Assembly: GCA_963749155.1 (NCBI GenBank)
Contig: CAVVLO010000002.1
Span: forward strand, 352,001-416,000
DNA from: an uncultured Armatimonadia bacterium
GTDB lineage: Bacteria > Armatimonadota > Zipacnadia > CAVVLO01
Direction of reading: 5' to 3'
Length of the DNA stretch: 64,000 bases
How positions within the stretch are numbered: the first letter of the stretch is position 1; each line of letters opens with the position of its first letter. A program made the position numbers and the translations under genes. The notes beneath the pieces were generated by a model. It saw nothing but the letters and a program-made list of their open reading frames with translations, searched no databases and had not been told where the DNA came from. Of this stretch, positions 30,417 through 40,220 are shown piece after piece.

Positions 30417-31175
30417 TCAGCCTCCCATAATTCCGCGCGCAAGTCCCTGCAAGAGCAATCCCCAGCCATCTGCGAGCACGAATAGCAGCAGTTTGAGGGG
30501 CAAGCTCACCATCACCGGTGGCAGCATCATCATCCCCATCGACATAAGGATGCTGGCTACAACCATATCAATCACCAGGAAAGGCACAAATATCAGGAAG
30601 CCTATCTCAAAAGCTGTTTTCAGCTCTGACACCGCGTAGGCAGGGATAAGCACATGGGCGGGCACGTCAGCCGGTTGCTTCAGATTGCGCAGCTTTGCCA
30701 TATCTATAAATAACGTAAGGTCAGCCTTGCGTGTACGTTTCAACATAAAGCTCTGCAAGGGCTTGTATGCCTGCTGGACGGCTTGTTGCTCGTTCATCTG
30801 CTTTGCCATGAACGGTTTTACGGCTTTCTCGTTCACCTGATTTATGGTCGGCTGCATCGTAAAATAAGTGAGGAAAAGCGCAAGCCCAAGCAGCACCATG
30901 GTTGGTGGCACCTGTTGCGCGCCCAGTCCACTTCTCAGGAACGACAGCACGATAATGATGCGCGTAAAAGAGGTAGTCATCACCAGGAACGCAGGAGCCA
31001 CGGTCAGCGCAGTGAGTAGCATCAGCAACTGGAGACTCTGTTCGAGCCCCTCGCGGCCTCCCATGCTGGCAGGGCGGATTACTACTTCTGGCACCGTGAC
31101 GCCAGCGGGATGGGCAATTCCCACCACACCGAGCCCCAACAATCCAAGCAAGGCAACATATCGGGCGCGCGTCAT
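30417..31175 (-). CDS. fliP: FliP
   Basis: TSFTRIIIVLSFLR, SELKTAFEIGF, MGMMMLPP. Confidence 0.97.
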   Translation of the reverse strand: MTRARYVALLGLLGLGVVGIAHPAGVTVPEVVIRPASMGGREGLEQSLQLLMLLTALTVAPAFLVMTTSFTRIIIVLSFLRSGLGAQQVPPTMVLLGLALFLTYFTMQPTINQVNEKAVKPFMAKQMNEQQAVQQAYKPLQSFMLKRTRKADLTLFIDMAKLRNLKQPADVPAHVLIPAYAVSELKTAFEIGFLIFVPFLVIDMVVASILMSMGMMMLPPVMVSLPLKLLLFVLADGWGLLLQGLARGIMGG

Positions 31176-31189
31176 CGGTTAACTGCTCC

Positions 31190-31864
31190 TCAAGCCAGAG
31201 TTGCGGACCGCCCGCGCAGTTCGGCGATCTTCCTGCGCAGAAGCACTTCCATCGGGTCTTCAGGCTCCTGGCTCGGTCTCTCTGCCGGTCTGCTTCCAGC
31301 GGCCTGGGGCCTGGCTGTGCGTGGCCAGTCCTCAACCTCGAATAACTCTTCTTCATACTCCAGGGCTTTAGGCTGTCTTTGCCTATCGGACCTGCCTTGT
31401 TCACGCGTTGCAGGTTTTTCCAGCAATGCGATGAGGTTCACTCCTGATTGGCTAGCCCCAACCAGCAAACGACTTCCCTCAACATCAAGCAGATGAACTG
31501 TAGAGACGCCCCCCAGTTTTGCAGCCCCAAGCAACTGGATTGGCTCGCGTCCAGGCTGGCTGAAAGAGGTGCGCCGATTAATCAGAACCTTCGTAAGCCA
31601 CAGTAGACAGACGACGACAAGCAGAGCGCCTCCAGCCCGAAGCCCCGAGCTGAGCATTGGCGATTCCCCAGCTACTGCAGCCTCGCTTGCAAGCCAATCC
31701 GGCTCTAGCGAGCTACCTGTGCTTGCTTCCTGTGGGAGGGCCACCTTTTCTGTAGCCAGGACTGTCTCAGGCGCCTCTGAGGCTTCCTCTAAGATTTGGG
31801 CATAAGCCCCACCGGCCCAAAATACTAGAACAAGTAGACCCAAAACGACCGTGATTTTTCCCAT
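31190..31864 (-). CDS. fliO: FliO/FliZ
   Basis: TM followed by LG...VHLLDVEGSRLLVG; located between fliN and fliP; start uncertain. Confidence 0.75.
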   Translation of the reverse strand: MGKITVVLGLLVLVFWAGGAYAQILEEASEAPETVLATEKVALPQEASTGSSLEPDWLASEAAVAGESPMLSSGLRAGGALLVVVCLLWLTKVLINRRTSFSQPGREPIQLLGAAKLGGVSTVHLLDVEGSRLLVGASQSGVNLIALLEKPATREQGRSDRQRQPKALEYEEELFEVEDWPRTARPQAAGSRPAERPSQEPEDPMEVLLRRKIAELRGRSATLA

Positions 31865-31865
31865 T

Positions 31866-32228
31866 TCAGGAATCCTCCTTGGCACCTGCGGACTGGATAT
31901 CAGTTATTCGAATGCCGAAGTTCTCGTCGACTACAACTACCTCTCCACGTGCGATTACTTTGCCCCCAACGACCAAATCAACAGGCTCTCCCGCCGTCTT
32001 GGACAACTCGACGACAGCTCCAGGATGGAGTTGCAGGACTTCAGCCACTAGCATCCTGGCGCGCCCAAGTTCGACAATTACTTCAACTGGGACATCGAGG
32101 ATTAATTCCAAATCTGGCCCATTTACTGGCTGTGCTGCGGCCGTTGGTGCGTTGCCAGCAGTTCTGCTTGATTCTGCAGGGGCTGGTTGAGGCGGTTGTA
32201 GTGGCTCCTCTGGATTGAAAGTCTCCAT
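31866..32228 (-). CDS. fliN: FliN
   Basis: ILDVPVEVIVELG, GEVVVVDENFGIRI. Confidence 0.96.
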   Translation of the reverse strand: METFNPEEPLQPPQPAPAESSRTAGNAPTAAAQPVNGPDLELILDVPVEVIVELGRARMLVAEVLQLHPGAVVELSKTAGEPVDLVVGGKVIARGEVVVVDENFGIRITDIQSAGAKEDS

Positions 32229-32252
32229 CAGACACCCTCCTTGCCTGGCGAC

Positions 32253-33263
32253 CTAAACGCCAGGTGTTTTACTAACTTCTTGGGAAATGGCGACTGCAAT
32301 ATGGTCGCCCTTAATTCCCGGCGTGCCGATAAACTTCAATCGACCTGCCACCCTCAGTTCTACCGAAGGCACCTCCGGCTGAGCTCTCAGGGGAAGCACC
32401 TGACCGAGTTGCAATTGGCTAAGCCGCAGCAGCGTCAGTTCCATAGCGGGGAAACGCGCGACCGTTTCGATGCGCGAAAGTGACAGGTTGGCGGCCATCT
32501 CGTGAGGTGAACCTTCATCTTCACTGACCTGAGCAGCCTCCCACAGCCTGCCGCTAAGCTGCTGAGCCAGGGGTTTGAGAGACACGTAGGGCACACACAG
32601 CGCCATTCCTGAGGGAAAATCGCGCACTCTATACATCATTGGAACGACAACTACACTTTCAGAATGAGGGTAGATCTGTGCGAGTTCAATATCGGTCTCT
32701 ACACTGACTACCTTGAGCTCAAGGGGGATGATGTGACGCCAGAGTTCCTGTAAGGTGGCCAGTGCTCGTTGGATTAGACGATTCACAAGTGCAAGTTCGA
32801 TTTCACTCGGAGGACGATCAATATAATCAGGCTCATGCCCCGGCCCCCCCAGTAGCCTGTCTACAGCCATCAATATCATGCTGTGGCTAAGCTGAAGAAC
32901 CCAGCGTTTACGCAATCCATGGCTTTCGAGGACATAAAGCACACTGGGTTGTAGAGAGGTAACAAAGCTGCTGTAGGTAAGCTGCTCTGCCTCCCGGCTT
33001 TCACCAGTAACTGGTACCCGAAGTAAAGCGGACAACACCAGCGAATACTGCCTGGCGAAATGATCCATCACAGTACGAAGCCCGCGCAACTGCTCCTTTG
33101 AAAGGCGATCTGACCGCTTGAAATCATACAATTTGACAGAGCGCTGACTTAGTTCGCGAGCATCGCTGCCATGAATCTGGCTAGCTACTGGCTCAGGTTC
33201 GCTCACAGCACTGAGCGAACTCAAAAGCGACTCGATCTCATTTTGCGAAAGGATGTCGCTCAT
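32253..33263 (-). CDS. fliM: FliM
   Basis: LSQNEIESLL CheY-binding motif, YDFKR, DRLLGG. Confidence 0.95.
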   Translation of the reverse strand: MSDILSQNEIESLLSSLSAVSEPEPVASQIHGSDARELSQRSVKLYDFKRSDRLSKEQLRGLRTVMDHFARQYSLVLSALLRVPVTGESREAEQLTYSSFVTSLQPSVLYVLESHGLRKRWVLQLSHSMILMAVDRLLGGPGHEPDYIDRPPSEIELALVNRLIQRALATLQELWRHIIPLELKVVSVETDIELAQIYPHSESVVVVPMMYRVRDFPSGMALCVPYVSLKPLAQQLSGRLWEAAQVSEDEGSPHEMAANLSLSRIETVARFPAMELTLLRLSQLQLGQVLPLRAQPEVPSVELRVAGRLKFIGTPGIKGDHIAVAISQEVSKTPGV

Positions 33264-33307
33264 CCTGGCGGCTCCGGCTTAGAGTAATGGTCTCCTCTAA
33301 TACCGTG

Positions 33308-33323
33308 TGCAAGAAACGTGCCA
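33308..33323 (-). promoter_or_regulatory. sigma54 (-24/-12) promoter upstream of fliM
   Basis: TGGCACgtttcTTGCA, a match to TGGCAC-N5-TTGC, intergenic. Confidence 0.85.
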
Positions 33324-33361
33324 GAAAGTCCGACCAACAGTCCTTTTCACAAAAACTACGC

Positions 33362-33907
33362 CTATTGCATTGCAAAGTTGGGGAAGAACACCTCTAGCAA
33401 CTTGCCCTCACCCAGAATCTTATTGACTCTTTCCACTGTTGCTTTCTTAAAACGCTCTTTGCCCTCAGATGAGAGTAGCTCCTCGAAGGTGAATTGGCAT
33501 GCAACCATAACTACTGCATCACTCACAACTGCCGAAAGCTCATCTGCCCCCTCTCCACCGCCCCCACCATGCCCACCACCTTCAGGCTTTTCACCAGCGA
33601 CCTTAACAGCCAGTTGAAGCTGAGCATATCTGGGACTACCACTATCAGCCAGGTTCACTGTGATTTTCTCGGGCAGGTTTACAATATATCCAGCTTCACC
33701 TGGCTCTTCCCCCTCAGCCCCGTTGCCTTCATGGGTGGCTTCACCACTCTCGGCGGCTTCTGCCTGAGAGGCTGCCGGTTCTTTACTCCCGAACAGACTC
33801 TTCTTGGCAAAAAAACCTCCAGCCCCGAGCAAGCAAAGCAATACAACAATAATGATAATCATTGGGGGCTTTTTTTTCGGTGCTGGTTCTTGCTCCGTCT
33901 CGCTCAT
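33362..33907 (-). CDS. fliL: FliL
   Basis: N-terminal TM, TVNLAD..RY, EGKERFK...VNKIL..VFF..F. Confidence 0.88.
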   Translation of the reverse strand: MSETEQEPAPKKKPPMIIIIVVLLCLLGAGGFFAKKSLFGSKEPAASQAEAAESGEATHEGNGAEGEEPGEAGYIVNLPEKITVNLADSGSPRYAQLQLAVKVAGEKPEGGGHGGGGGEGADELSAVVSDAVVMVACQFTFEELLSSEGKERFKKATVERVNKILGEGKLLEVFFPNFAMQ

Positions 33908-33930
33908 ACTGCCTTCACCTCAGCGGCAAT

Positions 33931-34626
33931 CTACTCACTCTCAGCCCTGGCTGCTTCCAGCCAGTTGTGACATGCGGCTCTTCCTCTGCCACAAGCGATC
34001 ATACATAACAGTGCCCCATACCTTGGAACTGCAGCCATTAGACGATAGCCTGCCGCTCGAAAGCTGTTGATATGTGGCAAGGTATCTATCAAAACCAGGA
34101 AAACCAGGGCTACAAGCCCTAGAGGGAGAGCTTCTCTGGGAGCTATCTCCGGCCACATCAGGAGTACCCCACACCTCAACAGTTCGGCCATCAAAGCCAT
34201 TCGCGCTGCCGTCAGACTGGCCAGGATGCCTGAATCTAGCCTTGCCAAAGCCTCATGCATTTTAGAATCAAGGGCTAACTGGATCTCATCTCCCGAGCTG
34301 CCAGCACTGAGCAATAGCAAACCACTGCGTGCAACCGGATCAGAAAACTCATTCACTTTATCCTCGAGTGAAAAAAGCCCTTTGATTCTGGCATGCCTTG
34401 CCGCGGCAAGCAGACTGCCATATGTGCCTTCCAGAGCTGCATCTGTACTACGCGCTGCCGTCTCGCGAGCAATACTAACAGAATGTCGTCCCAGGCCAAG
34501 CCCAACGAGCCAAACAACCGGTACACAGCTAGCAGCAGAATAGAGGGCAATTTCTGACAATCCGGCAGCCCATCCAGCCGCAATCGAAAAGCCAACAGCG
34601 ATGACTGCAATCAGAAGACTCCTCAC
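33931..34626 (-). CDS. Highly diverged MotA-like protein
   Basis: ARIKGLFSLED...DPVARSGL resembles the MotA cytoplasmic loop, and the gene sits in the flbD-motA slot. TM3/TM4 consensus motifs are absent. Confidence 0.65.
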   Translation of the reverse strand: MRSLLIAVIAVGFSIAAGWAAGLSEIALYSAASCVPVVWLVGLGLGRHSVSIARETAARSTDAALEGTYGSLLAAARHARIKGLFSLEDKVNEFSDPVARSGLLLLSAGSSGDEIQLALDSKMHEALARLDSGILASLTAARMALMAELLRCGVLLMWPEIAPREALPLGLVALVFLVLIDTLPHINSFRAAGYRLMAAVPRYGALLCMIACGRGRAACHNWLEAARAESE

Positions 34627-34862
34627 GAGTCCTCACTCCCAACAACCTGCCCAGGCACTGAGCCGTCGACAAGCAGCATCGGGGTCATCAGTCTCCGCCG
34701 AAACTCGATCACTCGCCTGACTACCTCCTCGGCCGACTCCATAACAGGCAAACGAGTTCCATTACCGAGTCCAACTACTGTGTTGGGACAGCATTCAATA
34801 CGTTCTATATGATCACTATTCACAATGAGTTTGGAGCCATCAGCCTTGGTTAACTCGATCAT
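34623..34862 (-). CDS. flbD: Flagellar FlbD/SwrD family protein
   Basis: MIELTKADG..LIVNSDHIERIE..P.T. Confidence 0.9.
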   Translation of the reverse strand: MIELTKADGSKLIVNSDHIERIECCPNTVVGLGNGTRLPVMESAEEVVRRVIEFRRRLMTPMLLVDGSVPGQVVGSEDS

Positions 34863-34869
34863 TAGTCCT

Positions 34870-34893
34870 GGAGGGGCGCCGCAGCGCCCCTCC
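34870..34893 (-). other. GC-rich stem-loop after flgE (mRNA stability or partial terminator)
   Basis: GGAGGGGCGC-4nt-GCGCCCCTCC with no U-tract. Confidence 0.6.
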
Positions 34894-34902
34894 TCACCTC
34901 GC

Positions 34903-36144
34903 TTAACGCTTCATACTCATTAGCTCTTGCAGGATCTGGTCGGTTGCTGTAACGACACGAGAGTTGGCTTGAAAACCTCGCTGAGCAATGATCATCTGCG
35001 AAAATTCTCGCGCCATATCGACGTTTGACATCTCCAGCATACCCGCGAACAGCTGACCCCGGTCGCCACTTGCTGGCTCTCCGATGCTTGGATCACCTGA
35101 AGCTGTACTCGCGTAGTAGAGGTTGTTTCCCTCTCTGACAAGGCCCGATGGGTTTGTGAAACTGGCCATCGCTATCTGGCCAAGTATTCTTGTCAGTCCA
35201 TTACTGAAAGTGCCCGTAATAGTTCCATCTGATGCTATCTGGAAGTCCTGCAAAGAACCGGGAGGAGCCCCATCCTGATAGGCTACAAGCACCTCCGAAT
35301 CTCCATACATCTGTTGTACTGATCCAAAGTTGAGAGTTACAGCCTGAGGTGACTGTGCCCCATTAGTCAGGTTCAGAGTTATGGTGCCGGTCGCTCCGAC
35401 TGCACTTCCTTCCGAGTCAAAGACCAGCGTCCCCGATCCCACAGTGGTGCTAGTCTCATCAACAGCAGACCAGGACCAGGAATTGGCAGCGACGTCTTTG
35501 GTGAAGGTAATATCTACTGGATGGGCCATCCCAAGGGAGTCATACACCACGCTCGTACTCGAAGTTATCCCACCAGTGGCAGGAGGCCCAGCACTGTAAG
35601 TGGCTGCACCAGCATTGAGGTTACCTCCACAGCGTATTTCACTCGTCAGCCGTGATATCTGCATGGAGGTCATCGGCAACTGGATATCACTGATTTGCTG
35701 GTGGGTATCAAGCACTCCATCGGTTGCAAGCCAGCCTTGCAGCTTGAGCCCAGTTGACCCGTTGGAGATATACCCTTCAGGATCGACTGATAAAGACCCA
35801 TCTCTGCTATATGTATATCCATTGCCTTGGCGGAAAATCAGCAGGCCATTGCCCTGGATTGCGATGTCGGTTGTCTTATCCGTCGACATCAGTTGTCCCT
35901 GGGTCAAATCAACCGAGATACTACCCGGTATCACGCCCAGGCCAACTTGCATTGGATTTATGGCTCCTCTGTCCCCTCCTGGCAACTGGGCTGGGCGTAT
36001 GGTCTGACTGATCATGTCTTGAAAGGTCATGCTGCCAGATTTGAAACCTGTGGTATTTACATTGGCGATGTTGTTCGCGATGACATCGAGCATCATCTGG
36101 TGTCCCGACAGGGACGCAACACTTGAAAAAAGCGCTCTAAGCAA
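34903..36144 (-). CDS. flgE: Hook protein FlgE
   Basis: IANNIANVNTTGFK, LEMSNVD, QRGFQANSR; TTG start. Confidence 0.96.
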   Translation of the reverse strand: MLRALFSSVASLSGHQMMLDVIANNIANVNTTGFKSGSMTFQDMISQTIRPAQLPGGDRGAINPMQVGLGVIPGSISVDLTQGQLMSTDKTTDIAIQGNGLLIFRQGNGYTYSRDGSLSVDPEGYISNGSTGLKLQGWLATDGVLDTHQQISDIQLPMTSMQISRLTSEIRCGGNLNAGAATYSAGPPATGGITSSTSVVYDSLGMAHPVDITFTKDVAANSWSWSAVDETSTTVGSGTLVFDSEGSAVGATGTITLNLTNGAQSPQAVTLNFGSVQQMYGDSEVLVAYQDGAPPGSLQDFQIASDGTITGTFSNGLTRILGQIAMASFTNPSGLVREGNNLYYASTASGDPSIGEPASGDRGQLFAGMLEMSNVDMAREFSQMIIAQRGFQANSRVVTATDQILQELMSMKR

Positions 36145-36158
36145 TTTACTCCCTCCTT

Positions 36159-36211
36159 AGGCCTTCCTGTTCAGGCCTGTGTCTGAGGGCCTCTCCTATG
36201 GAGACCAGCCC
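36159..36211 (-). promoter_or_regulatory. Two-hairpin leader upstream of flgE
   Basis: GGGC-UGG-UCUCC-AUA-GGAGA-G-GCCC and AGGCCU-GAACAGGA-AGGCCU, abutting the SD. Confidence 0.5.
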
Positions 36212-36588
36212 TATGCGATTACAGCACTGTCTATGTTGGTAAAAACACGCCCTCCACTCTCACCTGCGGGAAGCACAGTTACCAAAGTGCTATCTTTGAT
36301 GCTTGCTATCACGGCAAGCTCATCCACCATTATCAGTGACTGCTTCGCGCCTTTAGCTCTCGCCGACTCTACGGCTTGCTGTATACGGCCCATTGTCTGA
36401 TCGGTAAGAGCCACTTCTCGTTGTTCGATGCGTTCCCGAAAATGGCCAGATAGCTTCAAGTGGCCATCTCGCTGCTGCAGTTGTTGTGCAAGCAGGTCTC
36501 GGAATTGCTGAGACTGCAGGTTGCTCTCGGTTGCTTGGGTCTGACTTGCAGTAGTCGTCGAATCAGTTGTAATCGAGTTAATTCTCAT
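36211..36588 (-). CDS. Flagellar operon protein (TIGR02530 family)
   Basis: LKLSGHF.ER...KGAKQSLI...VFTNIDSAVI; located between flgD and flgE. Confidence 0.9.
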   Translation of the reverse strand: MRINSITTDSTTTASQTQATESNLQSQQFRDLLAQQLQQRDGHLKLSGHFRERIEQREVALTDQTMGRIQQAVESARAKGAKQSLIMVDELAVIASIKDSTLVTVLPAGESGGRVFTNIDSAVIA

Positions 36589-36590
36589 GT

Positions 36591-36983
36591 CTAGCTCACC
36601 CCTGCCAGGTCATCCAGTGAGTAGTCTGTCCCATCTACCTGCAGCTGGATTTTTTTGTCTTCATCGACCAGTACCGAATCGACTGTTCCAGTTACAGAAC
36701 TGCCTGAGACATCGAAGGTCACTTCTCGACCTATTAAGGCCGATGCTGTCAACAGTCCCATCTGGGTTGAGCTCGCTGCAACCTGGTCACTAACAGTCTG
36801 GACTGCGCTGACTTCAAACAGCATCGCCAGCTGAGCTGCAAACTCGGATTGATCCATTGCTGCAGTAGGATCTTGATTCTTGAGCTGCAGTAGCAGTAGA
36901 TTCAAGAATTGGTCTGTGTCGAAAGTAAGCTTTGCATTGTCTGTCGCAGTTGTAGTTGTTGTCCTGGTAACGCTCTCTACCAT
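36591..36983 (-). CDS. flgD: Hook cap FlgD
   Basis: FLNLLLLQLKNQDPT..MD..EFAAQLA, ALIGREV. Confidence 0.93.
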   Translation of the reverse strand: MVESVTRTTTTTATDNAKLTFDTDQFLNLLLLQLKNQDPTAAMDQSEFAAQLAMLFEVSAVQTVSDQVAASSTQMGLLTASALIGREVTFDVSGSSVTGTVDSVLVDEDKKIQLQVDGTDYSLDDLAGVS

Positions 36984-36997
36984 TGGGTTTTCACCTC

Positions 36998-39278
36998 CTA
37001 TGCAAAAGTGTCCAGTAATGAATCTGCCTGTAACCCAAGTTCACTTGGCAAATTATTCGCCTCGTCAACAAACTGACTGGGCGGTCGATGATGTCCGCCT
37101 TGCTCGCCAAAAGTCTGACGTCCTTTGTCATCTGCTGCTACCTCGGCTCCAACGAAGCCACACCCAAGCTGGTCAAGTCGGTTCTGAAGCTGGCCCAGGC
37201 CCTGTTCCAGTAATCCCCGTGCCTGGTCATTGCCCGTTGAGAGCATCAAGTGTAAACCTGCCTCAGTCCTGTGAACTGACAAGCCAACTTCGCCCAAAGG
37301 TGAGTCGAGCACTACTGTCAGCGAGTCAGGTTGCCCCCGATTAATCAGGCGCAAAGCTCCGTCAGCAAGTTGGATTTCGGCTTGGGGCCAATCTACATAG
37401 GACTGGGCATCGACCGAGACCTTGCTGGATGGGAGTTTTGGCTGATTGCCAGTCGCTTGTAAGGTTTCACTAAATGCTAGCCTGGAAAGGCTGTCTGTCT
37501 CCTGTTCAACTCTCACTTCACTTGCAAGTCTGGAGTCTTTGGCAGAGAGTGATTCAACCAGTTTCCCGCTAGCAGCTTCAGCCTCTAACGTTGCCTTCAT
37601 AACCTGATGGCTTCTAGCAGTCACTGGAACCTGGTGCGATTTAGAAACACCACCAGAAGCAAGGTCTAGGCGTTCAGCCTTGTTTGTCTCGATCAGCGTT
37701 GCCGTTGATGCTGAGGCAATTGCCCGACCGGTGGAGACCACCAGAGGTATTGCCTGCTGGAGGTAGCTAGTGGATTGAACCCCAGTCATCGGTTTTGCCG
37801 CAGTGGCGGACTGGCTAACATCTGGCAATACAGGTGTGCTGGGAGCTCTCTTAACGAGATTCCCCTCACCTGTGGCCACCAAGGTTGGGACAATCTGGCC
37901 ACGTTCACCCATAATCCGAAGTGTTTTGCCTTCCAGTGGTATTTGTTCTGAGGGCAGCGCCGCAACTGACTTTGGAGGTGGATTTATTGCAAGTTCAGAC
38001 TGCATCGCTGAACTTGCTTTACCTGCTTGGCTCTTCGGCAGTCCTGCTGCCGGGGCAAAAATGCCTGTGACTGACAGTGGGCCTGGCTCAACGGCAAAAC
38101 TCAACTGAGTGGCAGCAGGTTGCTTAACCGGTTGGGCATCCACTTGCTGAAACAGTCGTCCGGTTATCGGTAGAGTTTTTTCAAAGCTAGTGGCATCTCT
38201 TGAAGAGACCTTAAACTCTGACGCTAGATGGTACCTGGTCGCAGCTAGTGGTCCCTCCTCTTGCCGGCCAGCCTGCCCGTATAGCTGGGGCCGCTCTACC
38301 TGGCCTATTGATTGGAGCTGTGAGCTAGCGGCTTGTGCCCTTCGGCCAACTGGAACGGGTTGCTCTACCCCAGGCTCTGTGGCAATTTTGCTCACACCGG
38401 TTGTGGTAGCAATTTCCTGCACCTGGCTCGCCAAGACCTGTCTAGCTAACAGACTCTTTTCTTTGTGTATAAGGTCAAGTGGCGCCTGGGTCTCGATTTG
38501 GCTCTGAACACTCCTCACCAATTGCAGCATTGCCCTTATACTCATCAGGGGCTTCCTTCACAGGCTGCAAATCCAGGCCCTTCTGACTTGCTTCGTTGGC
38601 GGAGTGAGCACTCTGAGCACCTAGAGGCGCCGTCTCAGCTGAGACAAGAGCTGTCTCAACTTGCTTGCTCTGGGTGCTATTCTTACGTGTCTTGCCAAGA
38701 TCGGGGGCCTTTATCAGAGGTTCTTCGTCAGTTTGAACGAGCTTCTGGTTGGCATCTATACTAGCGGCGTTAGCAACATAAATCTGTGCTACACCGGGAT
38801 TTGCAATACACTGATTTGGCTCTGCCAAGGGGTCTGCCCCATCCAGCAAACCGGTGTCTTTGTCTGGGTGGGCATCCAACCTGGCGGTGACAACAGCCGG
38901 GTTTCTATTCACTTGTAATGGGGACTCAGGATTAGATGTAGCGACTTGAATAATGGCCTGCTTAATAGGCTTGTCATTGGACCTTGCAGGCAGCTGTACG
39001 ACCTCTTCTCCTGGCATCTTTTCGCTGGAAGCCCTTATGGGAAGTGCAGAGCCAGTAGTTTTTGTCCTTGGTAACCCAGAGCTTGGCAAAGAGGAGTTGA
39101 AGGATTGTGATTCCTGTCCTTTGCCGATCTGGATTTGGCTAGGTGCGGCTTGTGTTGCGAAGCTCTGAAGCAGAGCGCTCCACGCCTTATTCTGCGTGAC
39201 GCTCTTGCCCCCATGGCTTTTTGCCTGTCGTCCGACCTTCTGGCCGAACTCGAGCATATCGATGATGCCTTTAGCCAC
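36998..39278 (-). CDS. fliK: Hook-length control protein FliK (~760 aa; frameshift near 38550)
   Basis: Low-complexity P/S/Q/A body and C-terminal LGEVGLSV...LEQGLGQLQNRL domain upstream of flgD. Removing one C from CCCC joins ORFs 38475-39278 and 36998-38545. Confidence 0.8.
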
Positions 39279-39741
39279 TCTCTTCCTCCGGCCCGGATTG
39301 CTCAGCCATTGCTCGTATCAACCTGGCCGCTCGATCTGGGTTCATCGCATCAAGCAAACTTGCCGCACTGCGTTCTGACATCGCCTGTATCACTGCTACA
39401 ACCTCGTTATCGGTCAGTTGATCCAGAACCTTTAGGGCTTTGGTGGACTCCATTTTAGAAATCAGGGTTGCAGACTGAGAAAAATCCGGCTCTGCAGGTT
39501 CATTACTGCTGTAAGTCGCTGGCTCAAGAGGCTCCATTACCTCGGGCATAAGTTCGCTGGCTGGCTCTGCGACAGGGGTTGAGGCGGCTTCTGTCTCTGC
39601 TTCGTCAGTTTTTTCTGGCACTGGTTTGGCTTGCTGTTGAAAGACAAAATAACCTGCCGCAATCGCACCCAATATGACAATTACGAGCACCAGCATCATT
39701 GCAGAACCTGTCTCGGATCGACTTATCTCAGCCTTCATCAT
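39271..39741 (-). CDS. MotE/YlxF/FlbB-like protein (MgtE N-terminal-like)
   Basis: N-terminal TM, SKM...A..L...M.ERSAASLLDAM.PDRAA; located between fliJ and fliK. Confidence 0.78.
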   Translation of the reverse strand: MMKAEISRSETGSAMMLVLVIVILGAIAAGYFVFQQQAKPVPEKTDEAETEAASTPVAEPASELMPEVMEPLEPATYSSNEPAEPDFSQSATLISKMESTKALKVLDQLTDNEVVAVIQAMSERSAASLLDAMNPDRAARLIRAMAEQSGPEEESG

Positions 39742-40220
39742 TACTCGTCTCCTTCGGATGAAGGATCTCCTTGTTCAGGCCTGACAGAAAACGCCCCGAA
39801 CAATCTGCCAGTGCGTTGCATTATCAATTCATCCAGTTCCTGCTGGTCAGCTCGGGCGGTTTCCAGTCGATACTCTTCGAGTTTCCGGTCTCGCAAAGAG
39901 GTAAGACTCTCCTCTACCAAAGTCGCTTCCAGCAAGTGGTTAGTTTGTCGCTCTAGAACCTCGGAAGTCTGCAAGGCCTGGTTTCGCGCCAAAGTGGAGC
40001 GGTTTTCCGCAAGCGGTAGCAACCAGCGCGCAGGGAGTGCCCCAGAGGTATCGTTTGCAACCTGAAGGGATAACTCAGCAGTTTGAACCTGACTTCTCTC
40101 TAAGCTTGCCTGGGCGGCGCGCTCTTTGGCGGCGGCGGCAGCGTATTCCAGCTCGGCCTGGCGCTTTTCCTGTTCACGAAGCCGCAATAGACGATGCAAC
40201 CTGAACTCAAACCTGCCCAT
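39741..40220 (-). CDS. fliJ: FliJ
   Basis: FEFRLHRLLRLRE...QQELDE, downstream of fliI. Confidence 0.85.
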   Translation of the reverse strand: MGRFEFRLHRLLRLREQEKRQAELEYAAAAAKERAAQASLERSQVQTAELSLQVANDTSGALPARWLLPLAENRSTLARNQALQTSEVLERQTNHLLEATLVEESLTSLRDRKLEEYRLETARADQQELDELIMQRTGRLFGAFSVRPEQGDPSSEGDE

